Shown here: positions 37,616-39,453 of the stretch, one piece after another
How the letters are laid out: each line of letters begins with the position of its first letter
How positions within the stretch are numbered: the first letter of the stretch is position 1
DNA from: an uncultured Rhodospirillaceae bacterium
GTDB lineage: Bacteria; Pseudomonadota; Alphaproteobacteria; TMED109
NCBI GenBank assembly: GCA_964576635.1
Contig: CAZNVN010000003.1
Coordinates: 4,168 to 43,620, forward strand
DNA: 39,453 bases
Direction of reading: 5' to 3'
Position numbers and translations under genes: made by a program
Notes under the pieces: generated by a model
What the model was told of the DNA's origin: nothing
The model's database searches: none
Seen by the model: only the letters and a program-made list of their open reading frames with translations

Positions 37616-38766
37616 TTTAGTCCTTTTCCTGCCTTCTTAAAGTTTTCTGCTAGAGCCAGTAAATTGTTAACAGTTTTTTCCGCAGCTATTCTTCCAGAGC
37701 CATCTTTAGATTCTGAAAGCATTTTGTCAAACGGGACAGTAATGTCTTCTATATTATCTGATATTTCTTTTAGTTTGTTAATTATAATAGCATTTAATGA
37801 TGGATTGTTTTCAGCAATAAGATCAGATACGGAAGGAGAAAAATTTTTTCCTTTACTGTTAATACCTAAATATATGTTTTTTATTCCATTAAAATTCGCT
37901 CTTATGTCATTATGTGTTTGGTCGCTAAAACATGAATGTTCATCCTCCGAGTCGCCAGAATCCAGGGCGGTTGCAATTCTTTCTGAAGACAATTCAAATC
38001 CAGCTAATGTTGTAAGCCCAGTCAAAATTAGACCACCTGGATCTTTATTAGCTAAGAAAGCTCGCCTTCCCTCTCCTTCAGTGGACCATTGTTCTTCTAA
38101 CCATTTGACTTGGTTTAAAAGTAATAAGCTTACTTGAGAAAGGTATAACCTTCTTCTGTCATTATTGTTTTTTCCTAAGATAAAATCAGTAAAAGATCTT
38201 GTCCCGGGGTTCTCTAGGGAAAAATCTTGCCCCCAAAGTAAAAATTCGATAGCGTGCCACCCTGTAGAAACATCGGCATCGTCACCTGATTGATTGCTTG
38301 CGAGGATAGTTTCTGAGTTAATTTCAAAATTTAAGTTATTTATAAGACCTGCCTCGGGGTTGCCTTCTACATAGTCGATGTATGCTTCATTTAAGGGCCA
38401 GGAATTAATCAGACCCTCTGGTCCTTCTTCACCAAATTGGTTGGAGCCATCAATTGGCCCGCCATAAAAACGAAATGCTTCCGTGATGCCATAGATCTTC
38501 CTAGCCTCTATCCAACTAACCTTAGCTATCTGAATAGAATTTTCTGATGGCTCTATAAGAAAATTATTAATTGCTTGATATAGAATCTCAGTTTTTTTTG
38601 CAGTTAATGAGTAGTAATAACTAACCTGATTAGAGTAAGCTAATGCAAGCTGACCCTCAGAGCTTGATAATGCGCGGCTCTCAGCACTAGTATTACTAGA
38701 ATAAAGAATAGAGAGGGCAAAACCTAATATAAAAATGATCCCGTTAAATAATATATGTTTTTGCAT
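37591..38766 (-). CDS. Imelysin-like protein (Peptidase_M75 / IrpA-EfeO family)
   Basis: The ORF has the GxHxxE motif in context (STGWHAIEFLLWGQD) and a signal peptide (ILGFALSILYSSNTSA). I prefer ATG 38766, preceded by GGGAGGAAAGAG, over the track start at 38790. Confidence 0.82.
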   Translation of the reverse strand: MQKHILFNGIIFILGFALSILYSSNTSAESRALSSSEGQLALAYSNQVSYYYSLTAKKTEILYQAINNFLIEPSENSIQIAKVSWIEARKIYGITEAFRFYGGPIDGSNQFGEEGPEGLINSWPLNEAYIDYVEGNPEAGLINNLNFEINSETILASNQSGDDADVSTGWHAIEFLLWGQDFSLENPGTRSFTDFILGKNNNDRRRLYLSQVSLLLLNQVKWLEEQWSTEGEGRRAFLANKDPGGLILTGLTTLAGFELSSERIATALDSGDSEDEHSCFSDQTHNDIRANFNGIKNIYLGINSKGKNFSPSVSDLIAENNPSLNAIIINKLKEISDNIEDITVPFDKMLSESKDGSGRIAAEKTVNNLLALAENFKKAGKGLNWQVIISE

Positions 38767-38835
38767 CTCTTTCCTCCCAAAAACATTCATTAAAATTTAA
38801 ATATAGTCCCTTAGGAGTAAAAATCAATATTTTAG

Positions 38836-38903
38836 TTGACATTGAATATCATTCTCAATAAGTTTAATGTGAAAATGAGAACTATTCTCATTGATAATGA
38901 GAG
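38836..38903. promoter_or_regulatory. Divergent promoter region with Fur-box-like operators
   Basis: TTGACA (38836-38841)-N17-TAAGTT (38859-38864) faces the porin gene. GAAAATGAGAACTATTCTC (38871-38889) matches the 19-bp E. coli Fur consensus GATAATGATAATCATTATC at 14/19 by hand. Its core AATGAGAA-cta-TTCTCATT (38874-38892) is a perfect inverted repeat. Weaker boxes lie at 38841-38859 and 38893-38911. Confidence 0.5.
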
Positions 38904-38940
38904 CTAAAGTCAAAAAACTGTTTTTAAGAAAGGGATTTGA

Positions 38941-39453
38941 ATGCGAGTTATTTTAAAAGCTATGGCATTTTTTGCATTTGTTATTGCAAGTGCTTCTGCA
39001 GATGAGATAGAAGATTTAAAAAAGATTATTAATGATCAAAAAGCTGTTTTAGAGGAGCAAAGAGCTGTTTTAGAGGAGCAATGAGCTGTTATTGAGTCTC
39101 TTGCTAAAAGAGTAGAGGCAGTAGAGAAAAAATCTGAAGAGGCAGTGGAGCTCGCTGATTCTGCTGTAACAGCAGTGGAAGAAGGAGGGTCTGCAGATGA
39201 AGGATGGTGGAATAAAACATCTCTCGGAGGATATGGAGAAATACACTATGAAGGCCATTCGACGGATCAGATTGATTTTCATAGGTATGTATTATTTGTA
39301 GATCATGAGTTTAATCAATATACACGATTTGTTTCTGAATTTGAAATTGAGCACTCCTTTGTTAAAGATGGAGACGGAGAGCTAGAGATGGAACAGGGAT
39401 ATATAGAACATGATTGGACACAGTTTGGTATAAAAAATACTACTGCTAAATAT
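38941..39453 (+). pseudogene. Outer-membrane porin-like protein gene with an in-frame TGA (partial; runs off the right edge)
   Basis: The ATG at 38941 gives a signal peptide (MRVILKAMAFFAFVIASASA) and a heptad coiled coil. A TGA at 39082-39084 follows. The same frame then stays open to 39453 and reads like the start of a beta-barrel (WWNKTSLGGYGEIHYE..IDFHRYVLFVDHEF..RFVSEFEIEH). Confidence 0.55.
39037..39099 (+). repeat. Three tandem 21-bp (heptad-coding) repeats
   Basis: The three repeats are CAAAAAGCTGTTTTAGAGGAG, CAAAGAGCTGTTTTAGAGGAG and CAATGAGCTGTTATTGAGTCT. They encode QKAVLEE, QRAVLEE and Q*AVIES. The stop sits where the other copies have Lys or Arg. Confidence 0.85.

Noticed and set aside
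4687-39084. The idea that the in-frame TAG, TGA and TAA codons reflect an alternative genetic code or programmed recoding.
   Set aside because: All three codons terminate other genes in the window exactly at conserved C-termini (for example TGA for hemE, lutB and hisH; TAG for dnaJ). The interrupted positions correspond to different amino acids (Leu, Lys/Arg, Asp, Gly, Ile, Glu). I saw no SECIS-like or other recoding structure.
1-39453. I scanned for tRNA, rRNA, CRISPR arrays, IS or transposase genes, integrases, toxin-antitoxin pairs and defence cassettes.
   Set aside because: No intergenic region is long enough or G+C-structured enough for a tRNA or rRNA. There are no spaced direct-repeat arrays, and every sizeable ORF is accounted for by a housekeeping family or one of the few unknowns listed. 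Absence is judged by eye only.

Overview
This is a densely packed, AT-rich chromosomal core region. Gene content and order indicate a streamlined marine alphaproteobacterium (Pelagibacterales/SAR11-like in style); the taxon is inferred from synteny and protein character, not proven. I support about 45 protein-coding loci.

Left to right:
- A partial Tat-signal gene, an orphan TRAP solute-binding lipoprotein, a PfkB kinase, an amidase with an EI24/CysZ-like membrane protein, a decayed nth, and a DUF2244 gene.
- The heat-shock block hrcA-grpE-(unknown 328 aa)-dnaK-dnaJ, followed by dapB.
- rdgB-hemW, then lpoA-like <-> rsmI-dolP-like-gshB.
- A long minus-strand run: HIT, hisE-F-A-(GNAT)-H-B, smr, lutCBA, a secreted cyclase-family protein, mltA, a Tim44-like gene, dnaQ, coaE, aroE and a DUF299/PpsR-like gene.
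- A 248-nt spacer, then hemE-hemH-hemJ-rho.
- A Fur-box-controlled imelysin/DUF1111 iron module facing a porin gene that runs off the right edge.

I found no tRNA, rRNA, CRISPR, IS/transposase, integrase or recognisable defence cassette, and no convincing novel multi-gene system.

The most noteworthy observations are:
1. The DUF299/hemE spacer has the position and motifs expected of the alphaproteobacterial replication origin.
2. Three otherwise well-conserved genes (nth, the Tim44-like gene, the porin) carry in-frame nonsense codons. The nth Fe-S domain is still readable in a shifted frame with four stops.
3. An uncharacterised, internally duplicated 328-aa gene sits directly after grpE, inside the heat-shock operon and between two sigma32-type promoters.
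4. The iron module has hand-alignable Fur boxes.
5. A single-gene G+C-rich 'island' encodes the secreted cyclase-family protein.

Many start codons are ambiguous (TTG/GTG versus an internal ATG), and I flag these per feature.
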